DNA from: Acaryochloridaceae cyanobacterium VAR_48_metabat_390 | GTDB taxonomy: Bacteria; Cyanobacteriota; Cyanobacteriia; Thermosynechococcales; Thermosynechococcaceae | Direction: 5' to 3' | Length of the DNA: 32,242 nt | Assembly: GCA_031422435.1 (NCBI GenBank) | Contig: JANPLU010000116.1 | Coordinates: 1-32,242 of the forward strand | In this document: positions 1 to 8,913 of the stretch, piece by piece | How positions within the stretch are numbered: the stretch's first letter is position 1 | How the letters are laid out: each line of letters begins with the position of its first letter | The notes under the pieces: model-generated | What the model was told of the DNA's origin: nothing | The model's input: the letters and a program-made list of their open reading frames with translations, nothing else | Database searches by the model: none | Position numbers and translations under genes: made by a program

Positions 1-23
1 CAAGTCTTCTGCTGAGCCTGTTC

Positions 24-1229
24 ATGACCCGCACTTTCTGGATTACGCTTTTTATTGCCTTTGCCAATTCGCTCAGCTTTACCATTCTCATCCCCATTCT
101 CTATCTCTACGGAAAAGAGTTTGGGCTAACGGATTTTCAGACCAGTTTGCTGTTTGCCACCTACGCCGCTGCACAGTTTATTTCAACGCCTGTGATTGGC
201 AAGCTCTCAGATCGCTTTGGTCGCAAGCCTTTGCTCATCATCAGCTTAGCGGGCACTGTGATTGCAAACTTTTTGGCAGGAACCGCCAGTGGCGCTGCCA
301 TGCTTTTTCTTGCGCGTTTTCTAGACGGCATTACGGGCGGAAATGTCTCTGTGGCTCAAGCAATTGTGTCAGATATTACCCCGCCCGAGGGACGCGCTAA
401 GGCGTTTGGTCTCTTTGGAGCCGTGACTTTTGGTTTAGGGTTTATTGTGGGACCTATCTTAAGCTTAGCTTCACAGCAGTTTTCTCTAGGGGCAGGCTTC
501 TTGACCTCAAGTGCGATCGCCCTCATTGCCCTCACCTTCGTCCTGGTTGCCCTCCCCGAGACGCTGCAAACCAAAGCAGCAAAGGCTGAAAAGTGGTGGG
601 ATATTGGCCTCGGAAACCTGATTACAGGCCTAGCGATACCGAGAGTCGGGATTTTGCTCGTCATCAATTTCTTGATTGGCACTACCTTCACAATTTTTAC
701 CTTTGCCTTTCAGCCCTACTTCATTTATGTACTGGGGCAAGATAATCAGACTTTAACGCTTTTGTTTGCAGGGCTTGGATTAATTTCTGTCGTAATCCAG
801 GCAAAGGGGATTGGTCTGCTTACCCAGCGCATGAGCTTAGTCAAAATTTTATTAATCGGGCTATTGATGCGGGCGCTCACATTTTTGCTAATGCCTGACT
901 TTCCTAATATTGTCTACTTTGTCTGCGTTATGCTCGTGTTCGCCATATTCAATTCGCTGGTGCAGCCTACCATTACCACGCTAATTTCCCTCAACTCCAA
1001 GCCTGATGTGCAGGGTATGGCAATGGGGCTAAATGCCTCATACCTGAACGTCTCTAACGCCTTTGGCCCCATCATTGCGGGACTTATTGTGCGTCAGTCT
1101 AACCCCGAAACCTATCGCTATCCGTTTTATTTGGCAGGGATACTTACCTTTTCGGTTCTGATATTTGCCTTTTCTAAGCGGCAAAAATATACGCCAGTAG
1201 CAAACATGCAGACCAATCCTTCAGCATGA
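24..1229 (+). CDS. MFS transporter, DHA1/TetA-like family
   Basis: 401 aa, about 12 hydrophobic segments, MFS motif A GKLSDRFGRKP, and ARFLDGITGG. Confidence 0.9.
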   Translation: MTRTFWITLFIAFANSLSFTILIPILYLYGKEFGLTDFQTSLLFATYAAAQFISTPVIGKLSDRFGRKPLLIISLAGTVIANFLAGTASGAAMLFLARFLDGITGGNVSVAQAIVSDITPPEGRAKAFGLFGAVTFGLGFIVGPILSLASQQFSLGAGFLTSSAIALIALTFVLVALPETLQTKAAKAEKWWDIGLGNLITGLAIPRVGILLVINFLIGTTFTIFTFAFQPYFIYVLGQDNQTLTLLFAGLGLISVVIQAKGIGLLTQRMSLVKILLIGLLMRALTFLLMPDFPNIVYFVCVMLVFAIFNSLVQPTITTLISLNSKPDVQGMAMGLNASYLNVSNAFGPIIAGLIVRQSNPETYRYPFYLAGILTFSVLIFAFSKRQKYTPVANMQTNPSA

Positions 1230-1319
1230 GTCCCTTCTTATGCAAAGATAATAAAGCTGCTGCTCATACCAGGGTCAGCTAGCGTAAGCAGATGACTGAA
1301 AGGACGCAAAGTTAGAGCT

Positions 1320-1595
1320 ATGCAAGTGGGTGATAAAATCCGCGTTAAAGAATCAGTGATTGTGTATCACCATCCTGAGCATCGCAGTCAGCCTTTTGAT
1401 ATTAAAGGGCTAGAAGGTGAGATTGTTGGTGTGTTGCAAGAGTGGCAAGGTCGACCTGTCAGCGCTAACTATCCATTTATTATTCAGTTTGCGCCTAAGT
1501 TTCGCACTCACCTCAATGACTTTGAAATTGAAGTGGTGGTCAATGAAGTGGCAGATGACGCAGTGGTTAACGACGAAACCAGCGTAGAAGCTTAA
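1320..1595 (+). CDS. ftrV: Ferredoxin-thioredoxin reductase variable chain
   Basis: MQVGDKIRVKESVIVYHHPEHRSQPFDIKGLEGE...WQGRPVSANYP matches the FtrV consensus; short acidic C-terminal extension. Confidence 0.92.
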   Translation: MQVGDKIRVKESVIVYHHPEHRSQPFDIKGLEGEIVGVLQEWQGRPVSANYPFIIQFAPKFRTHLNDFEIEVVVNEVADDAVVNDETSVEA

Positions 1596-1779
1596 AGTCT
1601 TGTTTCATCGCGCTGAATTCCGCACGGTTTTGGGCTGCGGTTTCGGCATACCACTGACAGTGGCGTTTATGATTCTGGCGATAGTCTGTTTCTTGGTAAA
1701 ACCCCTGACTAAAGCGGATGAGCGCAAAAATTTCATCTGCTGGTGGAGGAGTATGGCTGCGAACTTCGGTCAATTTCAT
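1567..1779 (-). CDS. Small conserved cyanobacterial hypothetical protein
   Basis: FYQETDYRQNHKRHCQWYAETAAQNRAEF...LLRWFRR resembles a recalled small cyanobacterial family; co-directional downstream of the DUF218 gene; overlaps the ftrV 3' end by 29 nt. Confidence 0.6.
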   Translation of the reverse strand: MKLTEVRSHTPPPADEIFALIRFSQGFYQETDYRQNHKRHCQWYAETAAQNRAEFSAMKQDFKLLRWFRR

Positions 1780-1845
1780 ATCAGGTGCTGCAAGTTTCTT
1801 TTAGTTGTAGCAGAGCCGCTGATCGATTCGTTAAGCGATAAGACG

Positions 1846-2634
1846 CTAAATCCATCCCTTTAGCCAGTACACCACCATGCCAACATATTCTTTAAGGGCG
1901 ATGGTGGTGCGGTACATTGCTTCAGCATCAGGAAACAGCTTTAATACAAAATTTGGAATGCCTTGATCTTAGGTGGATTCATCCACGAGATAGTCTGTGG
2001 GGGCCGTGATCGCCTCCATCCCTTCTTTCTTGAAAATTGCCATAGAGCGCGGCATATGTAGCGCCGAAGTCACCAGCAAGATTGGCCCCTCTAACTTTTC
2101 TTGAGCCAGAATGGCCTTCACGTTAACCGCGTTTTCGTGGGTATTGAGCGAAGTTCGCTCTAGCAGCATGGCGGACTTGGGGATGCCCATAAATTCTAAA
2201 AGAGTCTCAATGTCTTGGGCTTCTGAAGGAGCCGCTTCTTTTTTCCAGTTAATGCGCCCTCCGGTCAAGATGAGTTTGGGGGCGTAGCCTTCTTTATAAA
2301 GTCGCGCGGCATACAAAATGCGATCGCCAGACTCAAGCAGCTCAGGCCAAACCCGTGGCGCAGTAGCTGAACGTACCGCACCGCCTAAAATGACGATCGC
2401 CGCCACCTTAGGATAGGTGGCAGCAGGCCGATACTGAAACTCTAGCCCTCGCGCCAAAGCCGCTGCAACCCAGGCATTACTGCTAAAAAGAATTACGCCC
2501 AAGGCTGCACCCATTGCTGTTGCCGCAATACGGGGATGCTTCCAGAACGTGGCGATCGCCACCCCCAGCAATAAACAAGACAGCCCTGCCGGATATATAA
2601 ACAGCGGCAGCAGCTTGGATAAGAATAAAAACAT
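1846..2634 (-). pseudogene. YdcF/DUF218 (ElyC-like) membrane protein with in-frame premature stop
   Basis: Motifs IVILGG, DRILYA, TGG, SLNTHENA and LVTSALHMPRS. TAA at 1971-1969 is followed in frame by 40 more codons (DQGIPNFVLKLFPDAEAMYRTTIALKEYVGMVVYWLKGWI) ending at TAG 1848-1846, the typical family C-terminus. Confidence 0.85.
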
Positions 2635-2779
2635 TGTTTTGAATTGCTGAACGGCATCCCTGAAAAAATTGAACGCGTTTCAGACTCAACAGTCAAGCCA
2701 GTGATCGACACTTTCCAGCATTTTGCTTCGTGCCGGAGTTTTGAGGACTCGCTATAGATCCTAAATAAGACTTGATTTA

Positions 2780-2981
2780 AATAGATAAAATCTATCTATT
2801 AGATAAAATAATTAGGCTTTTATCTATTGCTTGTCAAAGGTATTATCAATTTAATGTTTCAAGCTTAACCATTCAAAATGTATTGAATGCGTAGCTTTTA
2901 CTTGCTTGTTTCTTAGGATTCTAAGCCAGGAGGAATGTTTTATATCAATACTTATTGAGTTTTTCTTTGAAGCTATCAATA
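2780..2981. promoter_or_regulatory. Putative LysR-type (CmpR/NdhR) operator region of the cmp promoter
   Basis: ATAG-N7-CTAT (T-N11-A) at 2781-2795; TAGATAAAA at 2782 and 2800, inverted at 2818; palindrome TCAATA-CT-TATTGA at 2945-2958; TATCAATA at 2943 and 2974. Confidence 0.6.
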
Positions 2982-3045
2982 GATTAATGAATAGGCATTG
3001 AGTTTATAAACGCCATTCAACCCTTCATGTTTTAGGAGCATAACC

Positions 3046-3147
3046 ATGTTTGAATTCGTTGTTCCCAGCGTTATTGCAAGCTACTTCAGCGTCTTAATTC
3101 TGTCCTTTGTTCTGCGCAAGGGCATTTCCACAAGTTCTGACCGTTAG
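3046..3147 (+). CDS. Putative 33-aa single-TM small protein (MFEFVVPSVIASYFSVLILSFVLRKGISTSSDR), not in the ORF track
   Basis: AGGAG RBS 7 nt before the ATG; about 22-aa hydrophobic stretch followed by RK; stop lies 31 nt before the cmpA ATG. Confidence 0.6.
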   Translation: MFEFVVPSVIASYFSVLILSFVLRKGISTSSDR

Positions 3148-3178
3148 CGTTTAGCCCTTTTTGACATCAGGAGAACCT

Positions 3179-4531
3179 ATGAGCCAATTGTCCCGTCGCA
3201 AATTTATCCTCACCGCAGGTGCTGCCTCTGCTGGCTCCCTTTTGCTCAAAGGGTGTCTGGGCAATCCGCCCTCTGCGACCAATGCAGGGGGTTCGCCAGC
3301 CGCTGCGCCTGCTAGCCCTATCGCGGCGGGGGAAGCGCCCGAAACCACCAAGGTAAAGCTGGGTTATCTGCCTATTATTGAAGCTGCGCCGCTAATTATT
3401 GCCCAAAAGAAAGGCCTGTTTGCCAAGTACGGCATGACCGAAGTGGATGTCTCGAAGCAAGCGAACTGGGGTTCCGCGCGAGACAACGTTGAAATTGGCT
3501 CAGAGGGCGGCGGCATTGACGGCGGACAGTGGCAAATGCCGATGCCTCACCTCATTAGCGAGGGGCTAATTACCAAGGGGAACAAGAAAATTCCCATGTA
3601 TGTATTGGCGCAGCTTGTGACCCAGGGGAATGGGATTGCGATCGCCAATAAGCACCTCGGCAAGGGGCTGCACACCAAAATCAGCAAAGCAGGTGTTGAC
3701 TATATTAAGGGTCAGAAAGCTGCCAATACTCCTTTCAAGGCTGCCTATACTTTCCCTAAAGCCAACCAAGACTTTTGGATTCGCTACTGGTTAGCCGCCA
3801 GCGGCATCGATCCAGATCAAGAAATGAGCCTGCTCACAGTTCCGGCTGCGCAGACCGTCGCCAACATGAAAACAGGGACGATGGATGCGTTTAGCACGGG
3901 CGATCCTTGGCCGTTCCGCATTATTCAAGACAAGATCGGCTTTATTGGTACCCTGACTGCCCAAATCTGGAAAGGACACCCCGAAGAATATTTGGCAATG
4001 CGAGCAGATTGGGTCGATAAAAACCCTAAGGCCACAAAAGCGATTCTAAAAGCCGTGATGGAAGCACAGCAGTGGTGCGACAAGCCCGAAAACCGCGAAG
4101 AATTGGTCACAGTTCTCTCAAGTAGAGACTACTTTAACGTTCCAGCCACTGTTCTCAAGCCGCCCTTTGAAGGGAAATACGATGTAGGCGACGGTCAACC
4201 TGCGGTCAATGACTTCAAGATGGGGCCTCTGTACTGGAAGGACGATCTGGGCAGTGTGTCTTATCCCTACAAAAGCCACGATCTGTGGTTCATTACCGAG
4301 AGCGTTCGCTGGGGCTTTTTGCCAGCCAAAACCTTAGATGACGCGAAGCGAATTGTGGATTCGGTAAACCGAGAGGATTTATGGAAAGCAGCGGCAAAGG
4401 AACTTGGCGTTCCCGATTCGGATATTCCTAAAAGCACTTCTCGCGGTGTTGAAACCTTTTTTGACGGCATTAAGTTCGATCCTGAGAACCCAAAAGCCTA
4501 TCTCAATAGCCTGAAGATTAAGCGGGTTTAA
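3179..4531 (+). CDS. cmpA: Bicarbonate ABC transporter substrate-binding lipoprotein CmpA
   Basis: SRRKF signal and LKGC lipobox followed by LGNPP; CmpA-type motifs [38 protein letters not shown]. Start set at ATG 3179 after AGGAG. Confidence 0.9.
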   Translation: MSQLSRRKFILTAGAASAGSLLLKGCLGNPPSATNAGGSPAAAPASPIAAGEAPETTKVKLGYLPIIEAAPLIIAQKKGLFAKYGMTEVDVSKQANWGSARDNVEIGSEGGGIDGGQWQMPMPHLISEGLITKGNKKIPMYVLAQLVTQGNGIAIANKHLGKGLHTKISKAGVDYIKGQKAANTPFKAAYTFPKANQDFWIRYWLAASGIDPDQEMSLLTVPAAQTVANMKTGTMDAFSTGDPWPFRIIQDKIGFIGTLTAQIWKGHPEEYLAMRADWVDKNPKATKAILKAVMEAQQWCDKPENREELVTVLSSRDYFNVPATVLKPPFEGKYDVGDGQPAVNDFKMGPLYWKDDLGSVSYPYKSHDLWFITESVRWGFLPAKTLDDAKRIVDSVNREDLWKAAAKELGVPDSDIPKSTSRGVETFFDGIKFDPENPKAYLNSLKIKRV

Positions 4532-4546
4532 GCAAACTCGTTTCTG

Positions 4547-4570
4547 GGGCGATCGCATATCGGATCGCCC
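4547..4570 (+). other. HIP1-containing hairpin between cmpA and cmpB (possible mRNA stabiliser)
   Basis: GGGCGATC-GCATATCG-GATCGCCC inverted repeat with no U-tract. Confidence 0.45.
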
Positions 4571-4609
4571 ATCTCAATCCATAAAAACCCCTAGTAGAGA
4601 CTTAGACCT

Positions 4610-5449
4610 ATGGCAGTCAGCACCCTTCCGCGTAGAAAATCATCCGGCACGCTTCAAACCTTTTGGAAGAAATATTCAAAAGAGATTATTCCACCCCTTC
4701 TAGGGATTTTAGGATTTCTCTTAATTTGGCAACTCTTTTCTAGTTCAGGCTTAACCAAACTGCCAGGCCCCATCGACATCGTGACCGAACCTCGAACCAG
4801 AGATTTGATCATGTATCCGTTTATGGATTTAGGCGGACTCAACAAAGGGCTATTTTGGCAAACCTGGGCGAGTTTGCAGCGGGTGGCAATTGGCTACTTC
4901 TTTGCCGCAGTAGTGGGGATTGGCACAGGCATTCTCATCGGCACAACGCCCATCGCCTCAAAGATGCTAGACCCGCTCTTCCAGTTTTTACGAACCGTAC
5001 CGCCCCTAGCTTGGGTGCCCATCGCCCTTGCTGCGCTCCAAAAAAATGAGCCTGCCGCGCTCTTCGTGATCTTTGTGACGGCAGTTTGGCCCATTTTGAT
5101 TAACACCGCTGTGGGGGTTCGCCAAATTCCTAAAGACTATAACAACGTTGCTAAGGTGTTGCAGCTCTCTCGCCAAAAATATTTCCTCAAGATTTTGCTG
5201 CCTTCGGCACTACCCTACATCTTTACAGGGCTACGGATTGCGATCGGTTTGGCATGGTTGGCGATTATTGCCGCTGAAATCGTAATGTCCGGGATTGTGG
5301 GAATTGGCTTCTTTATCTGGGATGCCTACCAAAACAACTACATCGGTGAGGTGATTTTGGCGCTGGTGTACATCGGCGCAGTAGGTCTGCTCTTAGACAA
5401 AGCAATGTCTTACATCGAACATTTGATTGTGCCCGAAGAACCTCGGTAG
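4610..5449 (+). CDS. cmpB: Bicarbonate ABC transporter permease CmpB
   Basis: NrtB/CmpB-family motifs SLQRV, FLRTVPPLAWVP and GLRIAIGLAWLAIIAAE; operon position. Confidence 0.9.
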   Translation: MAVSTLPRRKSSGTLQTFWKKYSKEIIPPLLGILGFLLIWQLFSSSGLTKLPGPIDIVTEPRTRDLIMYPFMDLGGLNKGLFWQTWASLQRVAIGYFFAAVVGIGTGILIGTTPIASKMLDPLFQFLRTVPPLAWVPIALAALQKNEPAALFVIFVTAVWPILINTAVGVRQIPKDYNNVAKVLQLSRQKYFLKILLPSALPYIFTGLRIAIGLAWLAIIAAEIVMSGIVGIGFFIWDAYQNNYIGEVILALVYIGAVGLLLDKAMSYIEHLIVPEEPR

Positions 5450-5458
5450 ATTGCCATC

Positions 5459-5695
5459 GGGCTTCGGCTACGCTCAGCCCTCAAATCTTGTATTGGGGGC
5501 TACTAGGTACACACAAGTCTCCAATACCCTGCATTTGCCCCCCCGACCCCCCAATTCTGGGGGGAGAAATCTAAAAACCAAGGTCATTTCCCCCCAGAAT
5601 TGGGGGACTAGGGGGGCGAATGCAGAATTGAATAAGTCCGATAAAAGATGCGTGTACACCGTAGGTATTGAGGGAGGGTGAGCGGAGCCGAACCC
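5459..5695. repeat. REP-like palindrome interrupted by an insertion
   Basis: Arms GGGCTTCGGCTACGCTCA (5459-5476) and TGAGCGGAGCCGAACCC (5679-5695); inner arms CCCTCAA (5478-5484) and TTGAGGG (5668-5674). Confidence 0.75.
5500..5664. mobile_element. 165-bp MITE-like element with 10-bp target-site duplication and internal GC-rich palindrome
   Basis: Imperfect TIRs CTACTAGGTACACACAAGT and AGATGCGTGTACACCGTAG; flanking direct repeats GTATTGGGGG (5490-5499) and GTATTGAGGG (5665-5674); internal inverted repeat 5529-5570 / 5586-5625. Confidence 0.7.
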
Positions 5696-5737
5696 AATCC
5701 TTTCCCGTTAACTCCTCATTTCATTAGAGGCTTAGTT

Positions 5738-7738
5738 ATGTCTTTTGTTTCAGTTGACAACATTGATAAGGTTTTCCCCCTTGCGGGTGGAGACGAGTAC
5801 GTTGCCCTCACAGGCATTAATTTAGAAATCAAACAGGGAGAATTTGTTTCTCTGATTGGGCACTCAGGCTGCGGTAAATCTACACTCCTCAACATGATTG
5901 CAGGGTTAGACCTGCCCACTGAAGGCATTGTGACCCTAGAAGGTCAGCGCATCACGCGCCCTGGCCCTGATCGCATGGTGGTGTTTCAAAACTATTCGTT
6001 ACTGCCTTGGCTTACGGTGCGCCAAAATATTGCCCTCGCCATTGACGAAGTGATGGCAGACCTGCCCAAGGGCGAGCGCAAGAGCATTTTAGAACAGCAC
6101 ATTGATATGGTGGGGTTACGACCCCATGCCCACAAATCGATCACGATGCTGTCTGGGGGGCAAAAACAGCGGGTGGCGATCGCCCGTGCCCTAGCCCTAA
6201 AACCCAAGGTGCTGCTGCTCGATGAACCCTTTGGCGCATTGGATGCCCTTACGCGGGGCAATCTGCAAGAGCAGCTCATGAAAATCTGTGAAGAAAATAA
6301 AGTTACCGCCGTCATGGTGACCCACGACGTAGACGAAGCGGTGCTGCTGTCCGATCGCATTGTGATGCTGACCAATGGCCCTGGTTCTAAGATTGGTCAA
6401 ATCTTAGACGTGGATATTCCGCGCCCCCGCAAGCGGATGGAAGTGGTGGAGCATCCCAGCTACTACAGCCTGCGGAGCGAAATTATTTACTTCCTCAACC
6501 AGCAAAAGCGGATTAAGCAGTTGAGGGCGCGCAAAACAGGGGCGATCGCCCGTCATGGTCTAGAAAAGGTAAACCTAGAGTTGGGCTATGTACCCTTAAC
6601 TGCCTGTGCGCCCCTAGCGGTTGCCAAAGAAAAAGGCTTTTTTACGAAGCACGGCCTGGATGAAGTCAACCTCGTGCGAGAAACGAGCTGGCGCGGCATC
6701 ATTGACGGCATGACAGGCGGCTTTTTGGATGCGGCTCAAATGCCTTCAGGAATGCCGTTGTGGCTAACCTTGGGTGCCCATGATACCAAGCCCCTGCCCG
6801 TGGTTACATCCTTGACCATGACCCGCAACGGCAACGCCATCACCCTGGCGAAGCGCTTTTACGCCGAAGGCGTTCGCACCCTTGCCGACTTTAAACAGAT
6901 GCTGTTGGCTTCCCCAGAGCGTCAGCACAGAATGGGGGTGGTGCATCCGTCTTCAATGCATAATCTGCTGCTGCGCTATTGGCTGGCAGCAGGTGGCATT
7001 GACCCTGACCGTGATGTCATCCTAAAGCCCATCCCTCCCGCACAGATGGTGGTAGACCTCCAGGCTGGAAGCATTGACGGCTTTTGCGTAGGCGAACCTT
7101 GGAACTTACGAGCGGCGATCGAGGGGGTAGGCTTTACCGTCGCCACCGACCTTGAAATTTGGAAAGGGCATCCGGGCAAGGTGTTAGGCGTGCGAGAAGA
7201 CTGGGCGAATGCCTATCCCAATACTCACATTGCGCTGATTAAAGCTCTACTAGAGGCAGGTCAATATTGCGCTGAACCAGCTAATGCTACCGAGATTCAA
7301 GAAATTCTGTCGCGGCGTGAGTACGTCAGTACTAATCTTGAATACATTCAGTTGGGCAACCCCAATAGCGCTGTCTGTGACCTCAATATGCCCATGCGAG
7401 ATTATGCCCATCATCTCTTCTTTGGCGAAGGCGTTAATCGACCCAGCCGTACAGAGCAGCTTTGGCACATGACGCAGTTAGCACGATGGGGCGATACGCC
7501 GTTCCCGCGTAACTGGGTTGAGATTTTGGAGCGGATCTGTCGAATAGGGGCGTTTAGTACCGCATCCCGTGAATTAGGGCTGTCTGACCTGACCTACAGT
7601 CGGGGTGCAATTCAGCTCTTTGACGGGACAACCTTCAATGCTGATGACCCCATCGGCTATCTCAATAGCCTTGAAATTAAGCAAGACTTCACGATGGCAG
7701 AAGTTGTGCTTGACGAACGGGTTCGCGTTGCAGCCTAA
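5738..7738 (+). CDS. cmpC: Bicarbonate ABC transporter ATP-binding protein CmpC (ATPase fused to a CmpA/NrtA-like regulatory domain)
   Basis: Walker A GHSGCGKS, signature LSGGQKQR, Walker B LLLDEPF; C-terminal substrate-binding-like domain (LGYVPLTACAPL, GFCVGEPW). Start set at ATG 5738. Confidence 0.9.
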   Translation: MSFVSVDNIDKVFPLAGGDEYVALTGINLEIKQGEFVSLIGHSGCGKSTLLNMIAGLDLPTEGIVTLEGQRITRPGPDRMVVFQNYSLLPWLTVRQNIALAIDEVMADLPKGERKSILEQHIDMVGLRPHAHKSITMLSGGQKQRVAIARALALKPKVLLLDEPFGALDALTRGNLQEQLMKICEENKVTAVMVTHDVDEAVLLSDRIVMLTNGPGSKIGQILDVDIPRPRKRMEVVEHPSYYSLRSEIIYFLNQQKRIKQLRARKTGAIARHGLEKVNLELGYVPLTACAPLAVAKEKGFFTKHGLDEVNLVRETSWRGIIDGMTGGFLDAAQMPSGMPLWLTLGAHDTKPLPVVTSLTMTRNGNAITLAKRFYAEGVRTLADFKQMLLASPERQHRMGVVHPSSMHNLLLRYWLAAGGIDPDRDVILKPIPPAQMVVDLQAGSIDGFCVGEPWNLRAAIEGVGFTVATDLEIWKGHPGKVLGVREDWANAYPNTHIALIKALLEAGQYCAEPANATEIQEILSRREYVSTNLEYIQLGNPNSAVCDLNMPMRDYAHHLFFGEGVNRPSRTEQLWHMTQLARWGDTPFPRNWVEILERICRIGAFSTASRELGLSDLTYSRGAIQLFDGTTFNADDPIGYLNSLEIKQDFTMAEVVLDERVRVAA

Positions 7739-7753
7739 CGCCATTCCGTATTC

Positions 7754-7783
7754 GTAGAGGCGCTAGGCTTGCGCCCCCGCTAC
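7754..7783. repeat. GTAG-type REP-like hairpin between cmpC and cmpD
   Basis: GTAGAGGCGC-TAGGCTT-GCGCCCCCGCTAC. Confidence 0.55.
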
Positions 7784-7817
7784 AACCAAGATTTTGTCCT
7801 TTACCCCACCGCCAACG

Positions 7818-8672
7818 ATGACAACCACAAAATCAACCTTGATGCCAAATCGTACTGCTGCTAACCAGTCTGCTGCCGCTAGTTCGTCCTTCCTCGATAT
7901 TTCTCAACTTTCCAAGGTTTACCCTACGTCTGAAGGGCCTTTTACCGTTCTAGAAGATGTCAACCTTCAGGTCGCAGAAGGTGAGTTTATCTGCGTCATC
8001 GGTCACTCTGGCTGCGGAAAATCGACGCTGTTGGATATGGTGTCTGGGTTTAACCATCCCACGACTGGAACAGTCTCTTTGCGGGGGCAGTCCATTGTCA
8101 AACCTGGCCCCGATCGCATGGTGGTATTTCAGGGCTACGCGCTTCTGCCGTGGCTAACCGCTTTTGAAAATATCTATCTGGCGGTTGATTCGGTTTGGCC
8201 TAACAAAACAGAGGCTGAAAAGCGATCCATTGTGCGCGAACACTTGGCAATGGTGGGCTTAGAAGAAGCGGCAGACAAACGACCGCCCCAAATTTCTGGC
8301 GGAATGAAGCAGCGTGTGGCGATCGCCCGTGCCCTCTCCATCCGTCCCGAAGTCCTGATTTTGGACGAACCCTTTGGCGCACTGGATGCCATCACCAAAG
8401 AAGAGCTGCAAGAAGAACTGCTCAAAATCTGGAATGACCATCGCTGCACCGTGCTGATGATTACCCACGATATTGATGAGGCGTTGTTTCTAGCTGATCG
8501 CCTAGTGATGATGACCAACGGGCCTGCCGCCAACATTGGGGAGATTATGACCATTCCCTTTGGTCGCCCCCGCGATCGCGCCCGTATTATGGAAGATCCG
8601 CAATACTATAAGCTGCGTAACTACGCCCTCGACTTTCTCTATAACCGTTTTGCCCATGACGATGTGGGCTAA
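7818..8672 (+). CDS. cmpD: Bicarbonate ABC transporter ATP-binding protein CmpD
   Basis: GHSGCGKS, ISGGMKQR, LILDEPF; C-terminus LDFLYNRFAHDD. Exact start uncertain. Confidence 0.9.
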   Translation: MTTTKSTLMPNRTAANQSAAASSSFLDISQLSKVYPTSEGPFTVLEDVNLQVAEGEFICVIGHSGCGKSTLLDMVSGFNHPTTGTVSLRGQSIVKPGPDRMVVFQGYALLPWLTAFENIYLAVDSVWPNKTEAEKRSIVREHLAMVGLEEAADKRPPQISGGMKQRVAIARALSIRPEVLILDEPFGALDAITKEELQEELLKIWNDHRCTVLMITHDIDEALFLADRLVMMTNGPAANIGEIMTIPFGRPRDRARIMEDPQYYKLRNYALDFLYNRFAHDDVG

Positions 8673-8713
8673 ATTTTGTAAGCGTTCCTCTAGATACATA
8701 TACGTGAGCCACG

Positions 8714-8911
8714 ATGAAAACGATTTTGCGCAAAGCAACTTACTTTATTTTTTTGCTAGGAATAATACTGCCTCTGTCTGCTTGTCAACCGTCCGGTGGG
8801 TCTGACGAGGATGACGATAGAGAAGAAAAGACAGAGCAAGAAGAAAAAGATAAAGAAGATGATGATGATAATGAAAAGGACAAAAACAAATCTAAGAAAG
8901 ATGATGATTAG
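8714..8911 (+). CDS. Small lipoprotein with a highly charged D/E/K tail
   Basis: Basic N-terminus, hydrophobic core, LSAC lipobox, then about 40 residues that are almost all D/E/K; 2-nt gap to the next gene. Confidence 0.7.
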   Translation: MKTILRKATYFIFLLGIILPLSACQPSGGSDEDDDREEKTEQEEKDKEDDDDNEKDKNKSKKDDD

Positions 8912-8913
8912 CG

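Noticed and set aside
1600..1863. 87-aa plus-strand ORF
   Set aside because: Antisense to the better-supported 1567-1779 gene and the DUF218 tail.
3161..3178. TTG start for cmpA
   Set aside because: The AGGAG RBS lies inside this extension and fits ATG 3179.
5427..5737. ORFs 5427-5681 (+) and 5474-5659 (-), and the GTG-start extension of cmpC
   Set aside because: They are translations of the REP/MITE palindromes, not protein-like sequence.
3179..8672. Nitrate transporter nrtABCD
   Set aside because: The binding protein has CmpA-type motifs ([26 protein letters not shown]). There is no nirA/narB nearby and no GTA-N8-TAC box seen upstream; LysR-type motifs are present instead.
8800..8911. 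GAT/GAA/AAA-rich low-complexity tract as a repeat array or CRISPR
   Set aside because: Explained by D/E/K codons. No repeat-spacer periodicity or cas genes were seen anywhere in the window.
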